Made by a program: the position numbers and the translations under genes. A stretch of 64,000 nucleotides of DNA from Dicyema japonicum (taxonomy: Eukaryota > Animalia > Dicyemida): positions 1,635,355 through 1,699,354 of the forward strand of contig RDEW01000004.1 in assembly GCA_011109175.1 (NCBI GenBank), read 5' to 3'. The notes under the pieces are model-generated. The model was not told the DNA's origin and did not search any database. It saw only the letters and a list, made by a program, of their open reading frames with translations. How positions within the stretch are numbered: position 1 is the stretch's first letter; each line of letters starts with the position of its first letter. Shown here in pieces: positions 25,850 to 38,269 of the stretch.

Positions 25850-26490
25850 TCGAAGAATTGAGGTATACAGAGTGTATGGCGACATTCGTTTCTTTTCAGT
25901 GATCCACTATTCAGTCACTCTAGTCCTTTTTGGATAGTCGTAAACACTGCTTTGTCGATGAGATGTATAGGATTTGCTAGGGGCAATAATAAGACGGTCA
26001 ATGTCCCTTCTTCTTCTCTACTTATGACAGATGGCTCTGTCCTAATTTTTCCAGATAGATTTGAACTCAAAAGTTAGTTTGTTTGAAATTTTTTCCAACG
26101 GAAAATGATTCTTACTCAAGAAAGGGACTCAAGAGATACTAAACTTACAGTTACTTCATCGCAGAGTGTTCACATGCGGTTTTTCTCCTCTGTAGTCATT
26201 TCCTTTATCATATAACTCATCACTTTATCATTTCTCTCATGTTTCGTAGAATGGAGGTAAGTATTCTGTACGAGTACCGATGAGTTAAAAGAAAATTATT
26301 GAAAGACGCGTAGAATAACTTTTCTTCTTTAGTCAATGAGCGAGAATTGTCTGATTTTATCACTTCTTTTAGGATATTTGTAATATAGATACGACTGAAA
26401 TTGTCTAGTGTGAGGATGCGCCCCCGTTGATTGTTTGTGAGTTCGAGAAAGGAACAATAGACCAAGATGAGTACTTTGATGCAACTCATA
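25850..26490 (-). mobile_element. Degraded Tc1-like transposase (HTH region onward)
   Basis: ELTNNQRGRILTL.., RSLTKEE.., RRKPHV.. and a decayed IFSDEKKF-like block. Confidence 0.4.
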
Positions 26491-26529
26491 GGGATTACGC
26501 GATAGTTAGTTTGGTTTTACCATGTTATA

Positions 26530-26610
26530 TAGGCTGCAAAGATGATGGATCATTTGCTCTCCCCATTCCACAGGAGGGGTACTCAAAACTGCAAGGACTT
26601 GATGTTTTAT
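26530..26610 (+). mobile_element. SINE-like family B, partial copy
   Basis: ggatcatttgctctccccattccacaggaggggt..caaaactgcaaggact. Confidence 0.75.
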
Positions 26611-28045
26611 TTTTTGTTAATTATGGATGCTATAATGTCTGTTACTGGGAAGTATGTCTATTTATGTGACCGTGGACCTTCGGGCTGTTTCGTTTTGAAG
26701 TCGCTTATAAATCTCTCTCGTAAATACAATTGAAATCAATCCCTGATTACATAATTCTTTTTTTGAAATCACTCCAAATCGATTGATTTTCCGTATTGCA
26801 TACCAAATCGCCCTTATTCAATTCATTCATCTGAGAACATTACTCGACTTGATAGTTATTGGATGTGTTTTCATTGGAATAATATCTACGAGTTCTAACG
26901 CATCTTTATGTCTCCTTTTGGTGGTAAAAATTGTATAGGAAGATTTTTTGTGGACAAAGAAAGTACCAGAATTGTAGAGATCAATAATAAATTTGTCCCG
27001 ATTAACATTAGTTTGCTACCGATCAATGAATTTTATTAATAGTCACATTTGAGAAATGAATAACCAATCCGTCCCCATAATGCTCTAAATCACTGCGTAG
27101 AAACATCTTCCGTCGTTCTCGCAGACTGCATGCAATGCAGACCGTCAATAAAATCATATCTTTAACTCATCAAATTGTATTTCTCTTGTATATTTCTCAA
27201 AAGTTAACAATCAAGAAACGAGGGACGTCACACCTAACTAAATTTCTACAACCAAAATGACGGTATATTTCCTTCCAAACTATACTAACCTTCCAGACAT
27301 CCACATTGAATAAACCTCGTGAACAAATACCAAAAGCCTAACCTCCCCTCCAACTAATAAAGCTAGTAAACACCCACCACCAAATATTAAACTAGGACAA
27401 AAATAACAACTTATACACAATCAACATAAAAAATAACTCGAATAGGTAAGGAAAATAATCATATATTTTTCTAGGAGCCTCAGTATTAACCTGAATTTCA
27501 ACATTACGCTTCATGTAATACGGAAGTTTGTTATAAACACGTGTCCCCTTCTTTAAAATATATATAGCAATCAACTGATATCAGCCGAAGGATACTCATC
27601 AAAGTAATCCGCCGTATTTATAGACTCAGTCTCAAGTATCATGTCACCCTCCGTGTCTTGGAACTCCTCCACCATTTTCAGCTTAGAACTCGTCGAAGAG
27701 GTTTTACAGCCTCCAACACTGACACACAAGCACCTTTGAGGTCTTATGTCATCTCGTCAGAATCACTCAATACATCATAGTCTGGCTTCTCAGTGTACTT
27801 CAAAGCCTCAACCGCATCTGTGACTTTTATGTCCTCAGAGTCAATTGTCGTTTTGTCGCTCTTAATTTTTTTGGGTTGTTTGCCCATTTGTTATAAACTA
27901 TCACAATAATCACTACAGAAAACAGTTTTTAACCCGCCGAATATTATTTTAATAATTTAAATGATAATTTTTATTTTATTCATCATTAATATTAATTTTG
28001 ATTAAAATGTGGATTTTCATAATAGGTTAGCGAAAAGCTATTAAA

Positions 28046-29335
28046 TTGCTACGTCCCACTCGTGTTTGTCGTCTCGACGGTATTTGCACTATTCACCCCA
28101 TACACCTTGGACCTCAGGCACGGGCCATTCGATCAAGACTGTACAACGACTCCATCAACTACCATACGCTACCTAATATATGGAAAAACTTCGTGATTAT
28201 GCCAATTCTAAATCACAGAAAACCAAAAGACGTTCTTTCTTACCCCCCAATCTCAATAACTTGTATTTTATCAAAAGTACTGGAAAAACTTGTGTTAATG
28301 GGTATTCTCCTGTTCTCATCTACCAAAGTTTCAACATGGTTTCAGGGCAGACCGTTCTAAAACGACTCATTTGGGTTTTATCTCCCAGTTTATTACTGAC
28401 GGCTTCAACATGAGAAAACACCCTTGGACGGCCTTAGTATCCATCGACATACAGAAGGCCTTTGATTCTGTTCCGAGGAAACTCCTAACGCATAAGATTT
28501 TAATTCGAACTTACACCCAAACATCAAGTTATGGCTGGAAAACTTCTTAACTGGACGACGGAAGGGTTCGATTGACAAAACCACTTCAAAATCATGACTA
28601 CTCCCAATGGGTCCCGCAAGGCTCCCTTTTATCTTCCCTCCTTTTCAACATGACCTACCTATAACCAATGACCACGACACTATGTTTTTATCATATGCGG
28701 ACGACCTAATTATCGCTGAAAGAGATAAATTTTCTTCAATGGTTGTAGCAACTGTTCAGACACACCTAAAACGAATTTGTGACTGCCTATCTGCAAATAT
28801 GTTGTGTGTATCAGCATCCAAGTCTCAGTTCACATTATTCACTACGGACAGATGTTCAAAGGTGGGCTTGAGATATCCATCGGAAACATCCCATCCCTTC
28901 TACGCGGACCCAGAAGATCCTTGGTGTAATTTTCGACTCTCTGTTGACGTTCTCGAGTCACGTGGAGGAGGTGCTTGCCAAGGGTCTTCGAAATGGAACA
29001 TTTGAATGCGATGATAGAGCCCTTTCCTTCTGCTGCTTGCGTCAGCAAGGTTCATCAACAAGTCATCGTACTTACCATTGAATATGCTCTCCGCCTGGAG
29101 ATTTGCAATTCTCCCTTCGAGAGTGAACCGTTTGAACTCCTCAGGCTGAAAATTATGCACCACACGGACATCCCATTGACGAACTCGTTTCTTATGAGGC
29201 TACGTTGAAAAATGGCCAGGGTTTTCCTACGTTTCCCAAATGAAGAGAGTTCGGATTTTGTTGGAAGCTGGGATCACCTAATTAGTTAGTTTTAACCTAT
29301 CTTTCCTGGTGGTCTTAGGGTTAAATAAATACCAC
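28046..29335 (+). mobile_element. 'GIT-stop' LINE, 3' half of ORF2 with RT domain
   Basis: IWKNFVIMPIL..SYPPISITCILSKVLEKL, QHGFR, IDIQKAFDSV, FLSYADDL, KILGVIFDSLLTF, ending RILLEAGIT-stop (29279-29281) and ttagttag UTR; many frameshifts. Confidence 0.9.
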
Positions 29336-29730
29336 AACCTATTTCACAACCCTCACACAATTCATTGCGGAAAGATTTAACTCCCCCAAAACCCATCAGA
29401 GGAGAGTACTTATATCCATGGACATCACAAAAGCGTTCGACTCAGTCCCTAGGAAACTCTTTAGAGAAAATATTTGAAACCAACATCCATCCAAATATGA
29501 AAATTTGGCTTGGAAACTTCTTAAATGGAAGACGAGCACAAGTACTCTGCAAAAACATTAAATCAAGATCTCGCTACTTCCCAAATGGAGTCCCTCAAGG
29601 CTCCCCACAATCACCCCAAGTTTTCAATTTCTACATAAACGACATGCCACAAACCTGTAATGAAAACTGTTTAATCCTCTCTTATGCCGGCGATATCATT
29701 CTTGCTTTCAAGGACATTCATATTTTCTAG
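29335..29730 (+). mobile_element. Second LINE RT fragment
   Basis: IWLGNFLNGRRAQV..NGVPQGSPQSPQVFNFYINDMP..LSYAGD. Confidence 0.9.
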
Positions 29731-30389
29731 AATTTCGCGTATTTGGTGTCTTCTGAGTACATTAAAAGATGGGCGAGAGATTATACCCACTAGAGGAGAT
29801 AAAGATATTTTATTGTACTAGAGCTATGTCATAGTCACCAGAGCTATATCACGGCTCAACCTTCCAACTAATCAATTACAGAACTATCTGATCATGTCTT
29901 AATTTCGTTTTATAAATCTCAATTTTAGTGGTTTTTGAATAATTTCATTTCATCAAAAGGATGCAAAGAAGATTGGATGAGCTATGGAACATGGCCAATA
30001 AGTTTGGGTCCTTACATGGAGACAGTGAGGAGATTGTTACCTCACAACAGCTGCTCTAAACAAAACTAAAAAGAACTTGAGTGACAGAACACAATCAAGT
30101 GATTATTCCGGCTAAGGGTATATGACATTTTTAACCAGTTTTATTGTACAATTTGTCAACGTGGGGGATGTCCGAGGATAATCAAGTCTAGATAAACTCA
30201 TTTAATCGAAGGGAGCTCAGGACATTGCTCGGACTGAGTTGGCCAAAGAAAATGACGAGGAAGCTTTATATGATGTTGATCCCCGATCCGAGATAACTGA
30301 TTTGAGATGGAGGCTATTCAGACATACATATGGAAATGGATGTCCACCATTGTGGATGTCTTCGATTCATTCGTTTATTAACAATCATA

Positions 30390-30605
30390 GCCTCTGTCCC
30401 TTTTCTTCTCTTGTTCTAAGAGAACTCGTGTCTTGATTGTGCCTTGGGTACACGAAAAGGATTATCTGCTCCCTTACTCCACTGGATGTGCTCCCAAAAC
30501 TGAAAAGACTAAATGTATTCTTCCCTTCCTTCCAAATCTGGATGGACTTGTGTCTGATATTGGATGGTCTCTGCTTCTGAACCGTGGGTAATGGATACAT
30601 TTATA
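30390..30605 (+). mobile_element. SINE-like family B, 3' part
   Basis: Core cgaaaagga..gctcccttactccactgga plus 3' ggatggact.gtgtctg..tggtctctgcttctg..ggatacattt shared with 41200-41250 and 59250-59290. Confidence 0.75.
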
Positions 30606-30939
30606 TTCAGTACTCTGATGTATTAGCCAAATAGATTTTAAGGATCATCGACCTTTTCGAATTATTCTAAAGGCTGTCCTGACAAAGAACTCGGAAAATT
30701 TGAAAAGAGTTCAAGGGAGACGACAAAGATCTTTAACGGATTATTGGGAATGGTAGAAAAAGATCATAACGGGAGACGTTTCCATCTCCAAAATTTAATA
30801 TGTTATGAAACATAATTATGACTCATACATTTCATCTCATTGAATTACCATTTAAAATTATTGATTCCTACTTTTCTAACAGGGGCGCGTCTAGACACTG
30901 TTTCATCTTCGTGCGGTTTGAAATGTTAAAATTAACTGC

Positions 30940-31495
30940 TTTAAATCATAGGGGGGGGGAAGCAACTATACTGAACGCAACGGAGAAGCAGCCTTACTCA
31001 TTAGAGATTCCTAAAGTAAACTCAATGCGCTACCTCGGGATAGCAATCGACGGGAATGGTTCCTTAATGGAGGACATAAGACGAAGAAGGAAGAAGGCGC
31101 TTTAAAGCACTCTTATGTACGAAAGTTGTTTGTAAGCATGGAAACCTTCTTGTTCATCTTCATGAGGATCATCCTACCGGAACTGCTATATGGATGCGAA
31201 GCATGATTTTTCTTTTGCCAAAGAGAAAGAATAATGTTAGTCATGGAAAAAACCAGAAGGTCGGCAATAAAGTTGGCTTTGGGAAAAAACTCTGGATGCT
31301 CTCAGTACTGAAGAAGACATGATTCTAACTCCTGTTAAAAACATCGTAGAGAAAAGAATCAATGGGATCCAACGATAGAAGGTAACTAAATAAAGTGTAG
31401 ATACATCGGAAGTGTCCAGGCCGCATAGGCGGACACGTTTAAATATCCTTAAAATAACTCTTTACTTACTATGGAATAAATTTGGTTTTCGGTTT
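30940..31495 (+). mobile_element. LINE family C 3' portion
   Basis: MRYLGIAIDGNGSLMEDIRRRRKKAL; colinear with 51520-51985 including UTR ggaagtgtccag.ccgcatagg. Confidence 0.85.
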
Positions 31496-31550
31496 TCGGT
31501 TTCCTATAACATTGGTCAATTTTTTAGTTTATGGGTTATTTTAAGTCCAT

Positions 31551-31599
31551 AAGTGTAACCACCTAGGCTCGGTAACACCCTAGGCTCGTGACATAATAT
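31551..31599 (-). repeat. 49-bp DNA-transposon terminus-like motif, copy 2
   Basis: Reverse complement matches 14112-14160 at 44/49. Confidence 0.85.
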
Positions 31600-31619
31600 A
31601 AGCGATTATTTTTTAACAA

Positions 31620-31790
31620 GCCGAGAGTCTGAAGAGAAGGATGCATCGAAGCATTTCGGAAGATCAGGAATCCTTGACCCACTAACAGACGATCAGTCCA
31701 TCGATCGACTCAATGATCCAAATAGTCACCAAGGATCTACGTGAGACTGGATTGCTTCGAAAGCGTCCTTCATAATAAAGTTTTTTATTA
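31620..31790 (+). mobile_element. CRE-like 3' fragment
   Basis: tcaatgatccaaatagtcaccaaggatctacgtgagactgg matches 23400-23450 (SMIQ.VTKD.RET). Confidence 0.7.
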
Positions 31791-32379
31791 TGAAGGGACA
31801 TTTAACAACTTCCGTCATCTGAGATACCATGAAAATCTTATATTAGTCTATAGAAGATTCTTTTTAACAGTCAACATCGAAAGTCAATTATTTTATAAAA
31901 ATTAAATGTCTAATCAACAATTTCCGTCAATTGTCAGTTGGGTTAGTATGATTTATTAGCACAATGTATATAATTATATTAACTTGATATCAGTGTAGCC
32001 TCTGACACGTGACCCTCCAATTTTGGTCAGATACTTTGCACAGACACTTTGAACACAGATACTTTGCTCCTTCTACTCTTTACAGTGATCATATAAATTT
32101 GTATCGCATTAAGTTGTTAAATTACTACTCTGCCTCGGAACTCCTTCCATTTCGGGGCTAATCTCTTTTGAAACTTCTTGAATGGTTGAAGAATTGATAA
32201 GAGTCATTGAAATTGGGAATGAAATCTTGAAGCGACTCAGAGACCTCACTGAAAATGGTTTTTTCAGCGCATTGGAATTTTGTGGTCTCACATCGGTTGT
32301 AAAATGATTAAGGAAGGTTTAATCTGTTAGAAGATAGCAGTTTGTAAGAGAAGAGAACTCCGCTTTTAATAAATAATAA

Positions 32380-32640
32380 ATTAAACGGCTTGGATACAGA
32401 TAATCACTTTATTAGCGAACTTTAAAATTAAAATTCTAATAAATGTATGACACGAGTTTGTTAGCACTCCCGCGTTACCCATAAGCATATGAATACTTAG
32501 GGCTCTGCATATGCCGTGCTTTTCGCGATCCGTTCTATCATTTTTCTCCATGTTAATTTCCTCCTCAATCCATGCATAAAGTCTTCTGTTTAGCGTTCCA
32601 AGTGAGTCCTCTGACGTTGAAAGTTGCAATTATAAACGGG
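32380..32640 (-). mobile_element. RTE-like APE N-terminal fragment
   Basis: IIATFNVRGL motif, paralogous to ~20670. Confidence 0.55.
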
Positions 32641-33539
32641 GTAGAATTGACAGACTGAGAGTACGATATAGACATAGACATTATCATAGAGGTGTCAATC
32701 ACTCAGCCAACAAAATCAATCTGACACCAAATCATTTAAAAAACAATATTTTATTAGTAATTTCAAAAATCCTGTATCACAGATAAATATATTAAAATAT
32801 TGGTAAAGTCAGTTTCAGGTGTATCTCTAAAGAACCAAAATCGAAATACAGCTAAAAAACAGCTTGGTCTTAAAGCAGCTATGCCGATTGAGTCTACTGA
32901 TGATCTCAGAGACTTTTCAGGGATATCGAGAGATCTTAAAGAATCCAGTATTGAGAATGGTTACAGCGTTCGGGGAAAAAATATAATTCCGTAGAAGGAG
33001 TAAGCAAATATTAAATTGAATTTGAGGGTTGCGATGAAAATATGTTATTATTTTTGGAACTCAACATTGCACTTTGCTTACTATGCGATGATTTCTGAGT
33101 GCTACATGTCTTATAAGATTTTCCACATCGTATGTCTCCACTATGATAATCAATCTATCGCTAGAATATGCGAAAGAATATGTTTTTTGCTGACCACAAA
33201 ACAGGTCATATATTCTCTTGCGATTTTTAATTTCTGAGCCGTACTAGATCCATGTTGTTAATTTTCTAGAGTCAACAGTTTACTTGACTTGAAAATCCTG
33301 GGAATAAATAAATAAATAAATAATCTCCAAAATCATTATATTAAAGCGATGGTGTAGTGAAAGCAGTGACTATTCCAATTTGAGACTAATTTCGAATTAT
33401 GTCAAATTAAATGTCATAGTCTATAGGCGGGTCAAGGAGCTGACGGAACACTAGTGTTTATATTATAAAAATAATATTTTTCAATATATTTCAATAGTTT
33501 TCAAAAAAATAATGGGTTTTGTATAGCTTTATTTATTAG

Positions 33540-34325
33540 AACCCATGGATTACCTAGAGAAAGATAGAAAAAAACTTCAGACAGTTAGGCATTCCAAGGT
33601 TCCCGCAATCATACGAGCCATCCAACGTCTGTGGTCTTCTATCGTTCTCACTTCCGTGCGAAAGAGCATTCTCTTATCCCAGCAGAAGAATCCGATTGAA
33701 AAGGGAACTTCTTATCCAATCGACTTTCTTTTGCCTTGTAAAAGGACGGGCTAAGTGAGTTTCCATCCTCCATACAGACCCGAAGGAATCTGGTTCCACG
33801 ACTACGGGTCGTAGCTTCCACGAGTAGGGGATTAACCATTGATCCAGAATGGGACCCATCATAAATATAGTCTTCCGTATATTGAATTGATTCTATGGAG
33901 CATTAGTCTCTGATAAAACGAATCTCCATCAACAGATGGATATATTCACAGTCTGGGTTATAGTTTGCCGTAAGTGTTGCAACAAAGCATTCAAATTCAA
34001 AGTAGTCTTCAAAGACAAGCGCGTACAACATTCAACTTTTGCAGGTCTTTAGTGAAGACTTTCTTCGCATGTGAGTTGAAATTCAATAGCCCGTCGAACA
34101 TTAATTCGAGAATTGACAAGACCAATGAAAATTCTTAGATCTTCTTTTGAACGACGACTGAAGTAAATAATGCGCATATCGATTTTTCGGCAGAAATATT
34201 TAGTCGGTTAGCAGTCAACCAATCATTGACGGTGTTCACTTTCAACTGGGTTTTAGAGGTTGCAACTTGCGTCGATCGGTAGCGTGTTGCAATTATTAAG
34301 TCGTCTGCGTAGGATAAAAGTTTTT
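33540..34325 (-). mobile_element. LINE RT C-terminal half
   Basis: LLSYADDLIIAT..NDWLTANRLNISAEKS..LFT; downstream region degraded. Confidence 0.75.
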
Positions 34326-34326
34326 A

Positions 34327-34620
34327 ATAATAATAACACCAGAGACCACGGTTACACAAACTAACTAATCACGTGATCCCAATATGCACTAGCAGGGACC
34401 TCATCTTGGGTCGATGCTCTCCCTCGACCCCACACAAGCACGCATCGGTCGAATGACTGTACCTTCGTAGTCAGGACGGCGCATTCCATGGTTCATTCTT
34501 ATCAAAGCTTCAAGTGGCAATAATGGTTGGAACTCCCCAGAAATCCAGCGTTCCGTGATTTTGGAGGCTCTATTCCGGCTAGCCTCGATCTTCAAGACAT
34601 TCGGATCATTCTCCAGTTCT
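34327..34620 (-). mobile_element. 'GIT-stop' LINE 3' end with UTR and (TTA)n tail
   Basis: IEASRNRASKI..WISGE..PLEALIRMNHG..IRPMRACVGSRE; ggg atc acg tga ttagttagtttgtgtaaccgtggtctctggtgttattatt; close to 61180-61455. Confidence 0.9.
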
Positions 34621-34769
34621 TTTATCGGTCTGGGATCACTGAGTTAGTTGATAACTTTTATTCTTTCTCTTTTACCCAGTGATCCTGGGGGTAATAAAGT
34701 GAATATCCTTATTTCACAACATTTATTTATTTAAAACCAAGAATCACCGACAAAATAAAAGAGAGTAAA

Positions 34770-34850
34770 AATCGTTTGGTAATCCCAGTCTCCTTAAGCA
34801 GTCCCCTCATCTTTTCTCGGTGTTCCTACCGAGAACCAACAGACTTTTTG
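34770..34850 (-). mobile_element. 'GIT-stop' LINE 3' stub
   Basis: SVGSR.EHREKMRGLLKETGIT with the stop mutated to aaa. Confidence 0.65.
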
Positions 34851-35489
34851 TATGGATATCACTTTTCGGAAATTTTGGTTTTAACGAGGCACCCGTTCCC
34901 TTCACGAGTTCTTCGAACGGGGTTGACAATAAAAAGTTAAGTTAAATCAGAGTTACATAATATTTATACATCAATAGTATTCAAAAAACACTCATTTAAA
35001 ATAAAACTGTTACAACAATATAAACATTTTGTGAAATCTGACTAAGAGAAAAGCCACATTTCTCGACATACCAAGGTCATCAAGTTACAGGGAATTGGAT
35101 TTCGACACGAACAAGAGAACTCCGTGAGCGCTGCTGGTCATGAGAGGCAATGGACATACAGTAAGGCGGCCGCTGGATGAGATTTTTTTTATTGTGTCGA
35201 AAAAATAAGTTACATCTGAGTTATACAATATCCTTTTGAATGCAGGCCATATATTGGGCGTCTCCTGATTAGTTTGGATCGATGACGAGGAAAGAAATAT
35301 GACAACAGAGTTATCTTGGAAACAAAAGTCAAAAACATATAAAATGAGTTAATTTATGTATAAGTAAATCCAATGGGGTCTACAAATTCCACATTTTGTG
35401 TTCACACTGATTGAGCCCTATCCAGGCCGTAATCAAATCCTTATAACTTATTAAATAATCTGAAATCGTTATAATCACTGACTAACTCT

Positions 35490-36600
35490 AAAAATAGCCT
35501 TATACTTCATTTCCATAGGATTTGCAGCCACAAATTGCCAAAATTCGAAAACTCTGAAATATCTAAACATCGAACGTGGTTGTACGGACTTTAGATTTAC
35601 TAACATGGAGCAATTAGTTCTTCCCACCTTTTTCTTTCAAATGAGAATTTCGAACACTGAAAACAGGAATTTAAGCAGCTAACAAACTTTTTCATTGTAT
35701 AAACTGTTAGAATGGAATTTTGATGCAATACCGGGCTGGACGATATATTAGAAAAACTTACCCGTTTTTGAATTCCTACAATTTATCGAGATGAAGGTGC
35801 TGTCCTCCGATATAGCACGGAAGATAGTGAGCACTTTGCTAATCTGGATGTTCTATCCCCCATCAGGAGATCAAATATGGAATTCGAATCTTACATGGAG
35901 ACCCATTCCAGTTCACACGATTCCAAAATATGAAAATAAGGTAAATCGATCGAAGCATATTGATATGAGATATCGGCGTCCCCAATACTCCGTCTCGCGA
36001 ACAAGCTAAATTCGATCGTTAAAAGAATCGAACAAGAAAATAAAGTAGATCCCCTGATTTCACTAGGAAGAGTTTTATATCGAGAATCTCAAAGCTCGCT
36101 CAATTTTCCACAGATCTTTTAATGGCTCTTTCAGAATTTAGAGTAACATTTTTTTGCGATGTCTCTTTTCGTATGATTTTGAGGATGCTGAGAACTTATC
36201 GATGCCAAATGGCTGGAGTAGTAAATTGTTACTAATATGAAGGACTACTTTAACAGTTATTTAACAGCAACAAACAAGAAAGACTGGCCTTAGTTAACTT
36301 GAAAGGACGAACTTTGAAGGAGATTATTAATTTGATGAAGTGCAACGAGCTGACAAACCAAGAATTTCAGAAAATGCAATGATCTATGCTGGAGTAAGTA
36401 TTATGACAGCACAATTTCATCATTATGTCTTTTTTGGGGCGATGGGAGTCCTCATGGAACCTTCCCGGAATTCGCTTCTTGTCCTTTTTATTAACTCGAA
36501 GAAATTCAAGACACGTGGTACGTCGAATTGTCTACAGGCTTAAAAGCAAGAATATCAGTGTTTAGCAAATTTCAGGTAGTTTTTATTTCTCATTTAGAAA
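35490..36600 (+). pseudogene. Histidine acid phosphatase pseudogene (lysosomal/prostatic ACP2/ACPP type), intron-containing
   Basis: TLKYLNI^IY*HGA (RHG catalytic Arg is now TAA), FKQLTN, GRYIRKTY, SSDIAR, YPPSGDQIWNSNLTWRPIPVHTIP, FFCD^DAENLSMPNGW, MIYAG^HN, PEFASC. Candidate introns 35572-35594 (23 nt, donor GA), 36045-36066 (22), 36161-36183 (23), 36394-36409 (16), 36576-36597 (22). Confidence 0.9.
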
Positions 36601-36789
36601 GACTGATTGTGACTTATATATGTTCAAGAACTACTTTTCGATGTCTTGCTTGTTAATATCGAGAGAGGTCTCTTGGCGATTCTTTCCACGAAATTCTACT
36701 GAATACAATTTGACAGTTTAATTGTTAGTGAAATAAGGTGGAGTTCGTTAAATATTTTAAGCAATTTACCAATTACTAGCAGTACAGTT

Positions 36790-37420
36790 CACTTCGCTCA
36801 TGGCAGTTTCTCCTGTACAGAAATAAAAAAAGTATATGGGAAATAATAATCTAAGGCACCAGAGATGCTATTACGGACGCTGCAAACTGTCAAAGGTGGA
36901 ATTTCAGATGTTAGGATTCTCTCTGATCAGAAAAGTATCCTAGAAACATCAGAAGTTACTCACACAACGCTCTTGAGCGATACCCAATGCCCCATAACAG
37001 AGGGAGGAATCGATGATGCTCTTATAACAAGATTCAAATCACTGTAAATATTAAACTTACAACCACTAAACTGAACTACGTACTTCGTGGTGGACCTGTT
37101 TCCTGAGAATACAAAACCTCGAATTAATGAGTTTCCTTATCCGTTCTACTAACGAACGTCTTACTAACGTCAATTTAGACAATTAAGGCTGGTAACCTTC
37201 TCCTCTGCTTCGGAGGTTTGGCATTTGTTCGCCCACATATATAGCACGCCACATTCCTTTCCTCTATATGCTCCAGCCAACCCTTAGTCGAAATGATTCT
37301 TTACCCTTCATCGAATCATCGACCGATGAAACTGAGTATGCAGTTGATTGGCTACCAGAAGTGCTGGAAGCTTCAGAAATCAAGATGAAACAGAAAACTA
37401 TTATAAAATCATATATGAAG
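36790..37420 (-). pseudogene. Cys-containing secreted or membrane protein relic with 22-24-nt introns
   Basis: Hydrophobic IIVFCFILISEA start; introns 37332-37355 (24 nt), 37283-37304 (22, restores frame to GLAGAYRGKECGVLYMW) and 36940-36963 (24). Faint resemblance to a Frizzled/Ror-type CRD. Confidence 0.45.
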
Positions 37421-37489
37421 ATAAATTTGAGTGACTACTTAAAAATATGAATCAACACAGACGCGACAGTCTGATTGCAGATCTGAAAG

Positions 37490-37670
37490 AACCGGAGCAT
37501 AAATTGACACTTATCGATTGGAAACATTCGTACGCATCTGGATGATGAGACAGTCCATATTGGGGTCTCTCGTTTGGGTTGAGAATATTCCAGGATCAGC
37601 GTTGTCTATTCGGGGAAATTATAGACACTTATGGACACCACGCCTTTTCAGGCAGAAGTCCGGAAGATTC
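37490..37670 (+). mobile_element. CRE-like fragment (region before the zinc knuckle)
   Basis: GNIRTHLDDETVHIGVS-RLG.RI..IDTYGHHA aligns to LGTFLDDECVRTGISLRLGL..IDCYGLHPL of the 21124-21735 ORF. Confidence 0.7.
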
Positions 37671-38269
37671 ATGGATGAAACACGCACTGGAGTCTGCCAG
37701 ATAACCTTCTATACTTGAACAATCTGCTTAGAACAAAGGAGACAGAAAGCTATCGGACGGAGCAACAATATTTTGGTTCGAGGAGGGGAAAAAGTTAGTC
37801 CTGGATCCAAGATATGTTGACTTCCTGTCTCTCATCAACATAATCGGAACGAAACAAGACATTGTTTTCAGAAATCCAGAGAGAGATAAATAAAAAAAGT
37901 TAATTTTATTTTGTCATATAAATTATTAAAATGAATTTTTCGTATATCTGGAAGTTGCGACCTTGAACAATTATGACAAGTGCTTATCAGTTATCCGTGT
38001 TCTCTAGAAGATTTTGTTAATTTCACGAAGGAAAAAACTGTTACACACATAGGTAAAAGTGAAATTACCATAATCCTTGTTTAAAATTTCTGAAATTTAT
38101 AAACTTTCAGAAAAGTATCCCAGAGGCCAGGTATCTCATTTCGAAGTATTTGCTGTGAGTGTAGAATCAGACTTTATTTCTAATGGTTTTATTTGCAAGT
38201 TTTCATCTTCAAGTTTTATATTCTTAGTTGAAGGTGCCATTCTAAATAGAGTCAATTAAGTAAGTTATT

